Positions 54,479 to 64,000 of a DNA stretch of 64,000 bases are shown piece after piece. The DNA is from Mayamaea pseudoterrestris (Eukaryota). The position numbers and the translations under genes were made by a program. Positions within the stretch are counted from its first letter, which is position 1, and each line of letters starts with the position of its first letter. The notes under the pieces were generated by a model. The model had not been told where the DNA came from. It saw nothing but the letters and a program-made list of their open reading frames with translations, and did not search any database. The stretch spans positions 558,001 to 622,000 of the forward strand of contig BROI01000018.1 of NCBI GenBank assembly GCA_027923505.1, written 5' to 3'.

Positions 54479-55414
54479 CTAGTTCTTGCTGCCTCCGGCA
54501 AGCCAAGCGAACCTTGTCTTTGGTTCTCCAGTCGCGGGATACAAGGGCGACAGCTTGCCCGTTTTCTCATCCGGATTCAATCGCCAAGTCTGTCCCACCA
54601 AGGCAGCAGCAACCGTCAGCCACACCAACGTTCCTCCCAACAGCTTGCCAGCCAGTGGAACAACTTGGTAGTACTGCTTGGCTGCATACGCCTTGGACAG
54701 CCACACAAGCAATACGCCAGTAACGCTCGCACCAAATCGTCGCTCTACATTGTTGACTGTATTCCAAACATCACCAATGGACAAGTGCAGCATGAGCGCC
54801 AGTAAAGGTGCACTCGCGTAGACTCCAAGCTTGTTATAGAGCATGCAGGAGGCTGCTGCTCGAATGGGGCCAATAATGAGCAACCAAACAATGGGAAAAA
54901 TGAAACCTGGTGGTGTAAAGGATGGCATCTTTCGCTCTGGCTGATTCTTTGTCTCCAGCGACTTGGTGCTTGGACGATTATTAGCGAGTGGGTTCAAGAG
55001 TCGCGATTTGAGTGCCAGTAGGTAGAACAGGACAAAGTTGGCCGCAGTCGGCACTTTGATGGCATAGTGTGCAACAGCCTTGTCAAGTCCGTAAAAGATG
55101 AGCGCAAATAGACTCACTTCAATGCCAATCGCCATAGCATACTTGACGACGGCATCAAAATCGAATTTTCCAAATGTATCGGATAGATCAGCCGAGACTG
55201 AACTGTGGGATGATGATGCTGCCAATGGTTGTAGGTGAAAGATGCTTGGAGATCGGCTTGCAGAATGATCCGTCGGTCGAACGAGGCTCGACGGTGAGTG
55301 CTGCAGCAAGCCCGCTCGGAACATTGGACTGCGTTTCAAACCTTGGAAGCCTGACGATACATGCCAGACTGCTGCGAGGCACAGCAACAGACATGAACAG
55401 ATCCTCGTCATCAT
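54479..55414 (-). CDS. TSPO: TspO/MBR tryptophan-rich sensory protein, probably plastid-targeted
   Basis: PSFTPPGFIFPIVW, DVWNTV and WLTVAAAL. Signal peptide ending SSG-FQ. Confidence 0.85.
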   Translation of the reverse strand: MMTRICSCLLLCLAAVWHVSSGFQGLKRSPMFRAGLLQHSPSSLVRPTDHSASRSPSIFHLQPLAASSSHSSVSADLSDTFGKFDFDAVVKYAMAIGIEVSLFALIFYGLDKAVAHYAIKVPTAANFVLFYLLALKSRLLNPLANNRPSTKSLETKNQPERKMPSFTPPGFIFPIVWLLIIGPIRAAASCMLYNKLGVYASAPLLALMLHLSIGDVWNTVNNVERRFGASVTGVLLVWLSKAYAAKQYYQVVPLAGKLLGGTLVWLTVAAALVGQTWRLNPDEKTGKLSPLYPATGEPKTRFAWLAGGSKN

Positions 55415-56914
55415 GATGATTTGAAAATAATGTGGGCGAAACGGATCGCGATGGAAGCCGCGCCGATGCCATTCGTCGCGAAAAGTGCGTCACCAATCGA
55501 AAAAGAGTAGTCGCACCGTGAGCCATCTGTGTACCGCTACGATTTTTCAACCTGGGTGAGCCTTCGACGCTGCCCGTCCGTAACAGATGAGATCCACCAT
55601 GACAATAACATATCCGCAACCAACCGCAAACACGTCGTACAAGTTAGACAAGCCCTACGAAATTTGAACAGGGCAGTAGCGCTCGCACCAGCAAGGCGAA
55701 GACTAAGTGAACAAATACAAATAGAAGGCGCGGTTCTGCCTTGCCTCCCCACTACCACCATCAAGCGGCTCTCCATAGGCAATAGGCAGGGAGAAAGACT
55801 CAAATCAATTGGCAACAATAGCAATGATACTATCGGCGTGAAAAGGTTTTGTGGATCTGACATTTGGTGCTTACCAAGGGAGGAATTGCACGTTCAATGC
55901 TCGCCAAAGCGCTTTGATGGTCGTCCCAAGAATTGACATTGCCGAAAAGATCTATCCTAGCGGGCTCATTGTTGAGCAACTTCTACGACCGCAGACAGGT
56001 TTGCATTGACATGACCTGCATTACTTGTTTTTCTACTCGAATCCTACGCGAGTTGAGTTGAATGGTCGATTTTAATCTAACAAACGGCCGTTCTGCCGCC
56101 ATGGCCTATCTCTCGCAACAATTTGCACACGTTTCGTCGCACGATAGTCGGCTTTGGCATGTTTAAATGCTCAACAATAGGAAGCAAATCAGTGCCTGCG
56201 ATATATTGAGCCTTGGAGCGACCCGCTACATGTCTCGGGCGACGATTTCATTTTGGAAGTTACGCAGGCGCCAAACACTACTCTTTGAACCGGCCAATGT
56301 TCTCATTTGAACCTTCCCACAATCGAAATTTACTACTAGTGACGGCTCGTCAGCCTTTTGGTGGAGAAATTTGTTGGGGCTGTAGGCCTTCCGACATTGC
56401 GGCGGTTGAGCCAATCCGATTGATAGCTTTGTAAAACTGGGAATTCTTGGCTCGGTGTCTGACATTACGGCTTCGAATTGGAACAAGGCCTTGACGTGCG
56501 CTGCGGCAAGCAACAATGAATTGGCTCATCACAGTTTTGCTTATGTTCACGGCACTCTCGTCGTTGCAACGCATCGGTCAATGGCTCATCTACCGCGAGG
56601 TGTGCATTCCGACGAATGAGGCGAGGAACTGCCTTTTCTGAAGCGAACCATGGCGATAACTGGGAGATGATTCGCAAACATCGTTGTCGCCAATTGCCGC
56701 TGTCACCTTTCCGCGACTGGGCTGGAATCACGGCGACGTCACATCCTTCAATACGTATCGAGTAGGTTCCATGGAAGATGAGATTGGTACATCTGTTTAT
56801 AATTGCTGCAAGGCTTGTACAAATATCAAAAATGTTTCTCGTTACTGGAGTGAATAATACGCATTTACTAAATTCTAGTAACAAAGATAAAATCGACCTT
56901 TAAATCCTCCTTAC

Positions 56915-59683
56915 CTACCCTAGCGTAATGATGTCCTCCTCGTCGAAAACGCCGCGACTGACAATGCCGTTTAATATACGAGCGAGCTCATCAGGACACT
57001 TTGGACGTTCAATGGCAGCGTCGACGCCTTCTGGAAGCTGGACAACAAATAGCTGGTCGTTCGCACGCCGCGGCTTGCCACCGACACCCATTAGCAACAT
57101 GTTGTTCTGGCGGTGTACACGATTGTTCTTTTCCCACTGACGAAATGAAGCTATGCACTTGAGTCCATCAAGCTCGGCAAGTTCGGTATCAATAATGACG
57201 GCACCCCAATTTCGCGTTTTAAGCAACCGCAAGGCTTCTTCGCCATCTTGAGTGACACAGGAGTGCCACCCGGTCTCAGCAACCAAACCTTCCAAGTTTT
57301 GGGCTTCACTGCCACTTCGCATTGCTAAGAGACAAATTTTCTCTCCAGACTGCAGCAGACGATTGTTGTCATCATGAACTGATTTATATGGAGAGTCGAG
57401 CAAGTTTGTATCTTGTCTCAACGATGGTTCTTCTTCGTAGTCCAAGCCAGCATTTGCATCGCCTTGGGCACGAAGGAAAGCCCCAGTTTGTTGCTTCCGC
57501 AAGGTGGACTCCTTCAAATTCCGCAAATCCACCAAATTGAGTGGCTTTGGGCGGTAGTCGGTCATTCCCGACGCTATTCCTCGATCTATGTCGTTTGGAC
57601 TCGCATGTGCTGACATGCCATAAATAAGCTGAATATAGCCTGGCCTATGCTCCTTCTCCCATGCGCGGTAACTTCGCACACAGTCGAGTCCATCCATGAC
57701 AGGCATCAAAAAGTCCAGCAGGACAAGGTCATATCGATGCTTGCGCATGAGCTTGAGGCCTTCCAGTCCATCGGCAGCCTGGATTGTCTCGTAGCCCAAC
57801 TGCTCGAGGGCCCGACTCAGCATCTTGCGCATTATCACCGAGTCGTCCACAATGAGCGCCTGCTTCCGACTTTCACTTGTAGGGGAAAAAGTGGATGACT
57901 TGTCGGCGGTAACAGTGACCTGCTGTTCAAGGCCATTATCATGCATCTCTACGCCTTCTGGTAGAATGAGCGGTATCTTAAACCAGAAGGTAGTTTCGTG
58001 TGTCAAAGTTGGATTCTCGGCAACCCCAAACGACCCACCAAGCGACCGCAGTTGCGTTGAAAATGACTCCAAGCTAGGCTCGTTGACCATTGTCGTGGGA
58101 AAGCACTCGTACAGGTCACAAGAGCGGACACATCCGGGCGATAAGATGCCGAGCGGAGAACATCGTCCATCTTGATTTTCGTGGTCACGCGCCTCCTGCG
58201 ATTTGACCGAGTAACTGCTGAGTACTTGCTCCTCGAAAATGGCCGAAAGGTCAGCCTTTGCTTCACACATTGCCGCTCCGGTGTCGGTGCACTCAAAGAT
58301 TAGCTCTGGTTCTCCGCATGATGACTCGCAACGGCGAATTGTAAACGTAACGTGGCCCACGGTTGTATGCTCAACGGAATTGACCAGCACATGTAGACAG
58401 ATCTGCAAAATTTGCACCTCGTTTCCGACCCATACATCGGGAACCGATTCGTCCACGGATATTGACACTGGAACGGACGTGTTTGTCACAACAACGGCAG
58501 CCAGCTCATTGAGTCGCTGGACTAGCTTGTCCGTTCGGGTACACATTGGCTTGACCGTTGACGAGTCAGAGTCCGTCTCTGACACTGTCGTGCTGTCGGC
58601 TGTGGAAGTTGCATCAGTTACCACCGTCGTTGTGGGGTCTTCGTTCGACAGTTTGTGACGAAGCGACTGACAAACATTTGCCATGGTGGCCGATGATGCG
58701 GATACAGCTTTGATATATTCCCTCTGGGTCTCGTCCAGTCGGTCCAAAAATTGACAGTCTTCGTTCAATAATGAGATGGATAATTGAACGACGGATAAGG
58801 GCGTCAGCAAGTCGTGCGATGCAGAAGCTAAGCGTCGAGCCGCAGTGGAAAGCTCTTGCCGCTTGCAGTGCAGCTCGCGCTGATGCACCAAGGCATCCAT
58901 GGCCAGTCTGCTAAAATCCTTGAGTGCCTCCTGATCATCACTGGTGAAGGAGTCGCGTGGCACAATATCAACAATGCAAAAGGTACCAATGTTAAAGCCT
59001 TCTGGTGATTTGAGGGGACACGCCGCGTAGAAGCGTACTCCATTCTCCGCCGTCACGTAGGCTGACCGTTCAAATCGAGGATTCTTGCTCGCGTCTGGGA
59101 CAATGAAGCAATCTTGCTTTGACACAATGACATGACCGCAAAAGGTGTCCTTGCGCGGCACTAGATTAAAGGGTTTACCATCCTGGGAGAGGGCCCAGGA
59201 ACGCCCAATGTCTAGCAAAAATACAAAGCAAGCTGGCGCCTGGAAGGTTCGCTTGGCCAGACCCGTCAGTCGATCAAAGGCGCAGTTTCTCGCCGTCATT
59301 GCCTCGTAGTCCAAGTCCAAGTATGATTTCAGTACAAGCAAGCGATTCATTTCTCGTTCCACTGTTTGCTCATAGGATTTGGCGCGGTCAACATTGTCCA
59401 CTCTCCAATCCAAGTCGTATTCTGGATCTGGCTCTAGCGAAAATGGACAATAGCTATTTGCTGCATTTGCATTTGATTTAAGGAAAAAGCTGCTACCGGT
59501 AGACGCTGTATCGCTTCTTGTGAAAGCGCACGTTTCCGACGAGGATAATTTTGGAGCGAGGAGGCGCGAGAGTGCCCGACGAAGATCCGCATCCGAGGCA
59601 AAGTCCTTGACGCTCCGTGGCAAATTCTGCTGCTGCGGTTGTTGCTCTATATCAACATTTGTCTCCTCGGCATGGTCGCTCAT
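56915..59683 (-). CDS. Hybrid histidine kinase-like protein GAF-HisKA-HATPase-like-REC-REC, paralog 2
   Basis: Collinear with paralog 1 (shared EPDPEYD.DWR.DNVDRA.SYEQTVEREMNRLLVLKSYLDLDYE). ASASHDLLTPL, CTDTG, VDDS..LLDFLMP..KP. Confidence 0.9.
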   Translation of the reverse strand: MSDHAEETNVDIEQQPQQQNLPRSVKDFASDADLRRALSRLLAPKLSSSETCAFTRSDTASTGSSFFLKSNANAANSYCPFSLEPDPEYDLDWRVDNVDRAKSYEQTVEREMNRLLVLKSYLDLDYEAMTARNCAFDRLTGLAKRTFQAPACFVFLLDIGRSWALSQDGKPFNLVPRKDTFCGHVIVSKQDCFIVPDASKNPRFERSAYVTAENGVRFYAACPLKSPEGFNIGTFCIVDIVPRDSFTSDDQEALKDFSRLAMDALVHQRELHCKRQELSTAARRLASASHDLLTPLSVVQLSISLLNEDCQFLDRLDETQREYIKAVSASSATMANVCQSLRHKLSNEDPTTTVVTDATSTADSTTVSETDSDSSTVKPMCTRTDKLVQRLNELAAVVVTNTSVPVSISVDESVPDVWVGNEVQILQICLHVLVNSVEHTTVGHVTFTIRRCESSCGEPELIFECTDTGAAMCEAKADLSAIFEEQVLSSYSVKSQEARDHENQDGRCSPLGILSPGCVRSCDLYECFPTTMVNEPSLESFSTQLRSLGGSFGVAENPTLTHETTFWFKIPLILPEGVEMHDNGLEQQVTVTADKSSTFSPTSESRKQALIVDDSVIMRKMLSRALEQLGYETIQAADGLEGLKLMRKHRYDLVLLDFLMPVMDGLDCVRSYRAWEKEHRPGYIQLIYGMSAHASPNDIDRGIASGMTDYRPKPLNLVDLRNLKESTLRKQQTGAFLRAQGDANAGLDYEEEPSLRQDTNLLDSPYKSVHDDNNRLLQSGEKICLLAMRSGSEAQNLEGLVAETGWHSCVTQDGEEALRLLKTRNWGAVIIDTELAELDGLKCIASFRQWEKNNRVHRQNNMLLMGVGGKPRRANDQLFVVQLPEGVDAAIERPKCPDELARILNGIVSRGVFDEEDIITLG

Positions 59684-60436
59684 GATTCGAAGCGTATGCG
59701 ATTGTTTTCAACGCTAATATGAGTCCGGATGCGAATCGCAAGTTGATAGTCGGCGTTACTCAAGCAGTCTTCGTTCCACGCTGAGGCTTTCAATTGACTG
59801 CTGCTGCTTATCACTTGCAGGGCCAGCGTTTCTTCTGCTACAAAATAGTTCTTTTTAATCGAGTAGTAGTTGCTGCTTGACTTGCTTGCCTCACTTGCTT
59901 TACTGCATGCTATCTCAAGCTCGGGCTGTACGAGTATCAAACACGTGTTTGTGCTATCGCTGTCATCTGTCGATCGTGGATGCGCCAGACTCTCCTCGGG
60001 AAATCTTCGAACTTCAAGATACATAAGTGAAAGTAGCTCCGACATTGAAGTAGAATTGCAACCAAGTGGGTCGGACGAATCAGAACGATTGAATTGCATC
60101 AGCGAACGAAGGCTTGGTTGAAGCTAAAAGTGCACAGGCAATATCATCATGACAGCATTGACGTTTCTCTGCTTCATCGAGTCATCTTCAACCTCCGTTT
60201 CCAACGTATATGACACTGGAACAGAGTGTACGTGCATAATAGATGCTCATAACCTTAACTAAAGGGTGAAGGCCATTTCACACGACTCGGAGCTGGCTTT
60301 CGCGCACCTTCCCTTCCGGCTACAAGACTTGCGAGATGTTCGGCTTACCTCTATTGCTCGAAGGTAGAATACAGGACAATAGAGGAGCGAACGGTCCGAC
60401 AAGGACGAATAGGACAAGTGCTAGAAGGTGCCAAGA

Positions 60437-61891
60437 ATGATGAAGGCACGCAACAATTGCGTCGACGGGACATTCGTCGTAATGATGCTTCTACTCGCCG
60501 TTCTTTCGCCATTGCTCCATACCGCCGTCTCTGCTTTAGATGCTGAAGATGCACCCATTCCCATACCAAATCCATTCACTATGGCACCCATGGCGTCGGC
60601 GCGCAAGGATCGGTTTCCCTCGCGCGAGGAACGCGTCCGCCTCTATATGTCCAATTGGTACAATCCGCCTTGCTCATCGAATGCGAAGGTTCACTACGAG
60701 TATCGACAAGATGGAAATACTAATTGGACCAGTCTCTGGATCAAGGAACCAGAGAACGTTTTGGAGCAATCTGATTATCTCATGGAGAGCAAGATTGAAC
60801 CCGATCAAGCGTTTTTTCTTCATCGCGAAACGGTGATGGATTGCATGACGGATGGAGTCGAGCCGTACGTTAATCGCACCACTTTTCGACGCAACATGCA
60901 AATATACTGCCGAGACGTTATAGGAAACTTGTTGACAACCTGGGATCATGTCCAATGGGAGTCGTCATTTCCAGCAATAGCCAATAAAGGTGCCATGGAG
61001 CATGACGTGCCGCTGTTGCTGCAGTTTGGCGACCTGAAATACAGTCACGTGTTTCGATTCGTCAGTCTACCATTGATCAAAAAGTTTCGGTCGGCAACTA
61101 CAGCGGAGGAGATTCGTCGCGTCACGCAACCAGTAAATTGTAGCAGGAGCGACAACGACAATTCTCAACGACCCGCGGTTGTCACTCCACACTCGACGCA
61201 GCAGTTGCAGCCGATTGTATGGAAGCTTGCCACGCACCGACATTTTGGTAAGCTACTGGATCGTACACATGTTGAAGACACGCCATGGGATGAAAAGATT
61301 AACATGGCAGTCTTTTTGGGGCAGTTGACGGGGTCGCACTTGTTCGACAAGAACAAGACTGACTTGGAAAATTGCCACAACATGATGCGCTGCCGCTTGG
61401 TGTACGAGCATGGCAATAGCACCTACGTTTACGCCAAGCTGACATCCACGCGAAACCGCATGCCTGCTGTATTGAATGGTGTCGAAATGATTCGACCAAA
61501 GGTATCGCTTGATAAGCTGCTGCAATTCAAGGGAATTATCATGCTGGAAGGCAATGACGTTGCTAGTGGATTAAAGTGGGCGCTGCTTTCGCAGTCAGTG
61601 GTCCTCATGCCATATCCGCAGCATACATCATGGGCCATGGAGGAGTTGCTGGAACCATGGGTGCATTACATCCCACTGAATGAATATGCGACGGACGTTG
61701 AGGAAAAGATGAAGTGGGTGGTGGAGCATGACGCGGAAGCTCGACGCATTGCCGAGCGAGGAACTCAGTGGATGGAAGACTTGGTCTATCATCCAGATGC
61801 ACTGGAGGATGATCGATGGATCCAGGAGGAGATTCTGCGGCGCTTTATGGCGCATTTTGAGCGTGTTGAATCGGTGCAACGGACGGAATGA
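60437..61891 (+). CDS. Glycosyltransferase family 90 (CAP10/KDELC-like)
   Basis: N-terminal hydrophobic segment. DTPWDEKINMAVFLGQLTG, LEGNDVASGLKWALLSQSVVLM, LEPWVHYIPL and EARRIAERG. Confidence 0.85.
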   Translation: MMKARNNCVDGTFVVMMLLLAVLSPLLHTAVSALDAEDAPIPIPNPFTMAPMASARKDRFPSREERVRLYMSNWYNPPCSSNAKVHYEYRQDGNTNWTSLWIKEPENVLEQSDYLMESKIEPDQAFFLHRETVMDCMTDGVEPYVNRTTFRRNMQIYCRDVIGNLLTTWDHVQWESSFPAIANKGAMEHDVPLLLQFGDLKYSHVFRFVSLPLIKKFRSATTAEEIRRVTQPVNCSRSDNDNSQRPAVVTPHSTQQLQPIVWKLATHRHFGKLLDRTHVEDTPWDEKINMAVFLGQLTGSHLFDKNKTDLENCHNMMRCRLVYEHGNSTYVYAKLTSTRNRMPAVLNGVEMIRPKVSLDKLLQFKGIIMLEGNDVASGLKWALLSQSVVLMPYPQHTSWAMEELLEPWVHYIPLNEYATDVEEKMKWVVEHDAEARRIAERGTQWMEDLVYHPDALEDDRWIQEEILRRFMAHFERVESVQRTE

Positions 61892-62304
61892 GCGAACATG
61901 TTTTGAGAGTCGATCGAGGCGTACCAGTATATACATCGATGATGTTCCTATCGTATCACTGAGATGTATCGCGCCTTTTTTAATCATGGACGGCTATTCG
62001 TCTTCAGGTACGAATATGAAAATGGTTGTTTGAAAAGAGGATGAAAGGAATATGCATTTACACGGTCGGCAGAGTAGTTACCCTACTCTACTTTACTGTA
62101 CCTATAGGTATGCTATTTGTCTCATAAATTAGCAGTTTAATGTTAAATGCGGTGTTAGTGGAAGGTTGCTTATCGCCGAGCTAGCAGTAACACCAGTCGA
62201 TGACGACTACGAGTTGTCGACGAGTAACGGAACGACAGATTTAAAATTGAAACAGCGCCGCGAATGCGCGCGTCCATCACTTCTGTTTTTCCAATTGAAC
62301 CACG

Positions 62305-63174
62305 ATGAATCTCCGAATAGCTTTACAATTGTGCTCCTTATTGGCCATTCCAATCAATGAAGCATTTATAATTCGACCAAAGCTCTACCAAGCTCGTCTT
62401 TCGCTCGCATTATGCGCTGAGCTGACCTCTCTTCGAGTGTCCGAGCTGAAATCGGAGTTGAAAGATCTTGGCGTTGACTTTTCCGACTGCTTTGACAAGG
62501 AAAGTCTCATGGCGAAACTAAATCATGCACGAGGTAGTGATACAGCTGGAAATGGAAGCAGTGCTGACTCGTCGGCCGATGTTACAAATCTAGAAGAGGA
62601 ACTATCGACAACTGCACCGGCCCCAACACCATCGTCGCCATCACCTTCCATTTCATCGCAAAAATCACAATCATCACCTACAGACTTGCTGCAGGAACTC
62701 GGACAAAAATCCGTCAAGGAACTTCGGCAGGAACTTGCTTCTCGAAACCTTCGCTGGGCGGGTATGTTGGAAAAGAAGGAACTCGTACACGCAGTCTATG
62801 ACGCCATGCAAGCGGATGCATTGTTCAGCGCCACAGGTCTCATGACTCCTGGTCAGGTCTGCAACATGGTTGAGGACGATTTGCGAAGGGAGATTCAGGC
62901 AGCTGATAAGGAGACACCGCTGCTGGTTGATGTTTACGCTACATGGTGCGGCCCATGTCAACTCATGGCGAAGGAGTTGCAGGACGCGGCCCAAGAACTT
63001 GGCAGTTCTGTGCGTATCGCCAAGCTAGATTCGGACCAAAACGAGAAGCTGGCTGGTGAGTTGCGCGTCCAAGGTCTTCCAACGCTGATTCTGTTTGAGA
63101 ATGGAAAGGAGGTCAAGCGGATGGAGGGTGCCATCAAAAAGGATCAATTGATTGAGTGGGTGGTCGAAGAATAA
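62305..63174 (+). CDS. Plastid thioredoxin (WCGPC) with two N-terminal SAP/HeH-like helical repeats
   Basis: Signal peptide ending NEA-FI. Repeats LRVSELKSELKDLGVDFSDCFDKESL and KSVKELRQELASRNLRWAGMLEKKEL. VDVYATWCGPC..GLPTL. Confidence 0.9.
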   Translation: MNLRIALQLCSLLAIPINEAFIIRPKLYQARLSLALCAELTSLRVSELKSELKDLGVDFSDCFDKESLMAKLNHARGSDTAGNGSSADSSADVTNLEEELSTTAPAPTPSSPSPSISSQKSQSSPTDLLQELGQKSVKELRQELASRNLRWAGMLEKKELVHAVYDAMQADALFSATGLMTPGQVCNMVEDDLRREIQAADKETPLLVDVYATWCGPCQLMAKELQDAAQELGSSVRIAKLDSDQNEKLAGELRVQGLPTLILFENGKEVKRMEGAIKKDQLIEWVVEE

Positions 63175-63224
63175 TACAAAATACATGAGACTCGTATGAA
63201 TATGCAGCGCTGCATTGTCTATTG

Positions 63225-64000
63225 CTAATGGCTATCTACATAGTCTTGATCAAGCAATTGCGTATTCAAGTAGTCGTCAACCTTGATAATCGAGGCACCT
63301 CCAAAATAGTCAATCAGCCAAACATCCTTTAGCTCTAACTTGGCAACGATCCAATCATGGTTGCTTGGCCATCCTTCCATATCAGGGTGCCGCTGGAAGA
63401 GTGCGTTTTGGGCCCACTTGAACTCGTCGGATGCTTGCTCCACCTCCACCATGCGCCCCGACAGTGTCAATCGCGCGCAAACCGGGCTCTCAGCATCGCC
63501 ATAGTAGCCCTTGGTTTGCGTGGAGGCATCGCATGCTGCTAGTATTAAACCGCCTCCGCAAACTGTTGCGAGTGAAGCTTCCGAGAGTGTAAACGAGGCA
63601 TATGGATGCTTTTGGATATCGCGAAAACTTTGGTCCATGTAAGTTCCATAAAAGTACGGAACGCCAGTCGAATTGTCGCAGGAGCCATCAACAAAACTAT
63701 ACACATTTCCAAATGGCATGGCAAGTTGAATTTTCTGGGCGTCCTCGGCAAAAAGTCGACTCGAAATGGTGGAAAGTACGCCCCATTCCAGCGAGTGGAC
63801 CATCCATCGAGCTGTCAAAGCCTTGTCCCATATATCAGGCTTGGCGAGTAATCGGCATGGGCAGTATGGTTTCTCATCAACGTTTGTATCTCCGTCACTG
63901 GTTGAATTCATGACTTCTCTCATACGCGCCTCGGTTTCAGCGCGTGAAAGTATGAAGAGCGTCAGGACGAAACGCAGCAATGAAAGCGAAAGAGGTTTTT
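63225..64000 (-). CDS. CREG: CREG-like secreted protein (PNPOx-like split barrel); 5' end beyond the window
   Basis: ARWMVHSLEWGVLSTIS, PFGNVYS, GVPYFY, SPVCARLTLSG, LFQRHPDMEGWPSNHDW and WLIDYFGG. The frame is open to the window edge. Confidence 0.85.
   Translation of the reverse strand, partial: KPLSLSLLRFVLTLFILSRAETEARMREVMNSTSDGDTNVDEKPYCPCRLLAKPDIWDKALTARWMVHSLEWGVLSTISSRLFAEDAQKIQLAMPFGNVYSFVDGSCDNSTGVPYFYGTYMDQSFRDIQKHPYASFTLSEASLATVCGGGLILAACDASTQTKGYYGDAESPVCARLTLSGRMVEVEQASDEFKWAQNALFQRHPDMEGWPSNHDWIVAKLELKDVWLIDYFGGASIIKVDDYLNTQLLDQDYVDSH

Noticed and set aside
59680..60099. 139-aa ORF whose stop overlaps the histidine kinase ATG (ATGA), like bacterial translational coupling
   Set aside because: Ser-rich with no motifs, and no counterpart was seen upstream of the paralog. 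Most likely a chance ORF in the 5' region.

Overview
Eukaryotic nuclear DNA, most likely from a pennate diatom. This is inferred from the gene-dense layout, the short 70-120 nt GT-AG introns, several bipartite signal peptide + Phe (ASAFAP-like) plastid presequences, and diatom-type hybrid histidine kinases. About 28 protein genes can be supported. Most are housekeeping: RSH/RelA-SpoT, KRI1, dPGM, BAF60/SWIB, TopBP1-like BRCT, DEAD-box helicase, ClpB/Hsp78, mitochondrial carrier, NDUFAF8-like, NFS1, amino-acid permease, Obg, TspO, GT90, thioredoxin and CREG. An RDD-family gene at the left edge is missing from the ORF track. The most unusual part is an accessory island at about 33.2-43.2 kb. It holds a spliced chimeric gene (degenerate CENP-E-type kinesin motor + 4x duplicated neck + pseudokinase), a convergent kinase gene with an in-frame TAG that a new splice donor could bypass, two abutting nucleosome-length satellite arrays (181 bp and 169 bp) with a CpG-deamination signature, and a basic orphan ORF. 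Other notable items are a ~1150-aa orphan with a duplicated double CxxC..CxxH module, a plastid 2H-phosphoesterase-like protein lacking both catalytic His motifs, and two tandem GAF-HisKA-REC-REC kinases with eroded ATP-binding boxes. No rRNA, tRNA or CRISPR array was seen. All family calls come from motif recognition by eye, not database searches.
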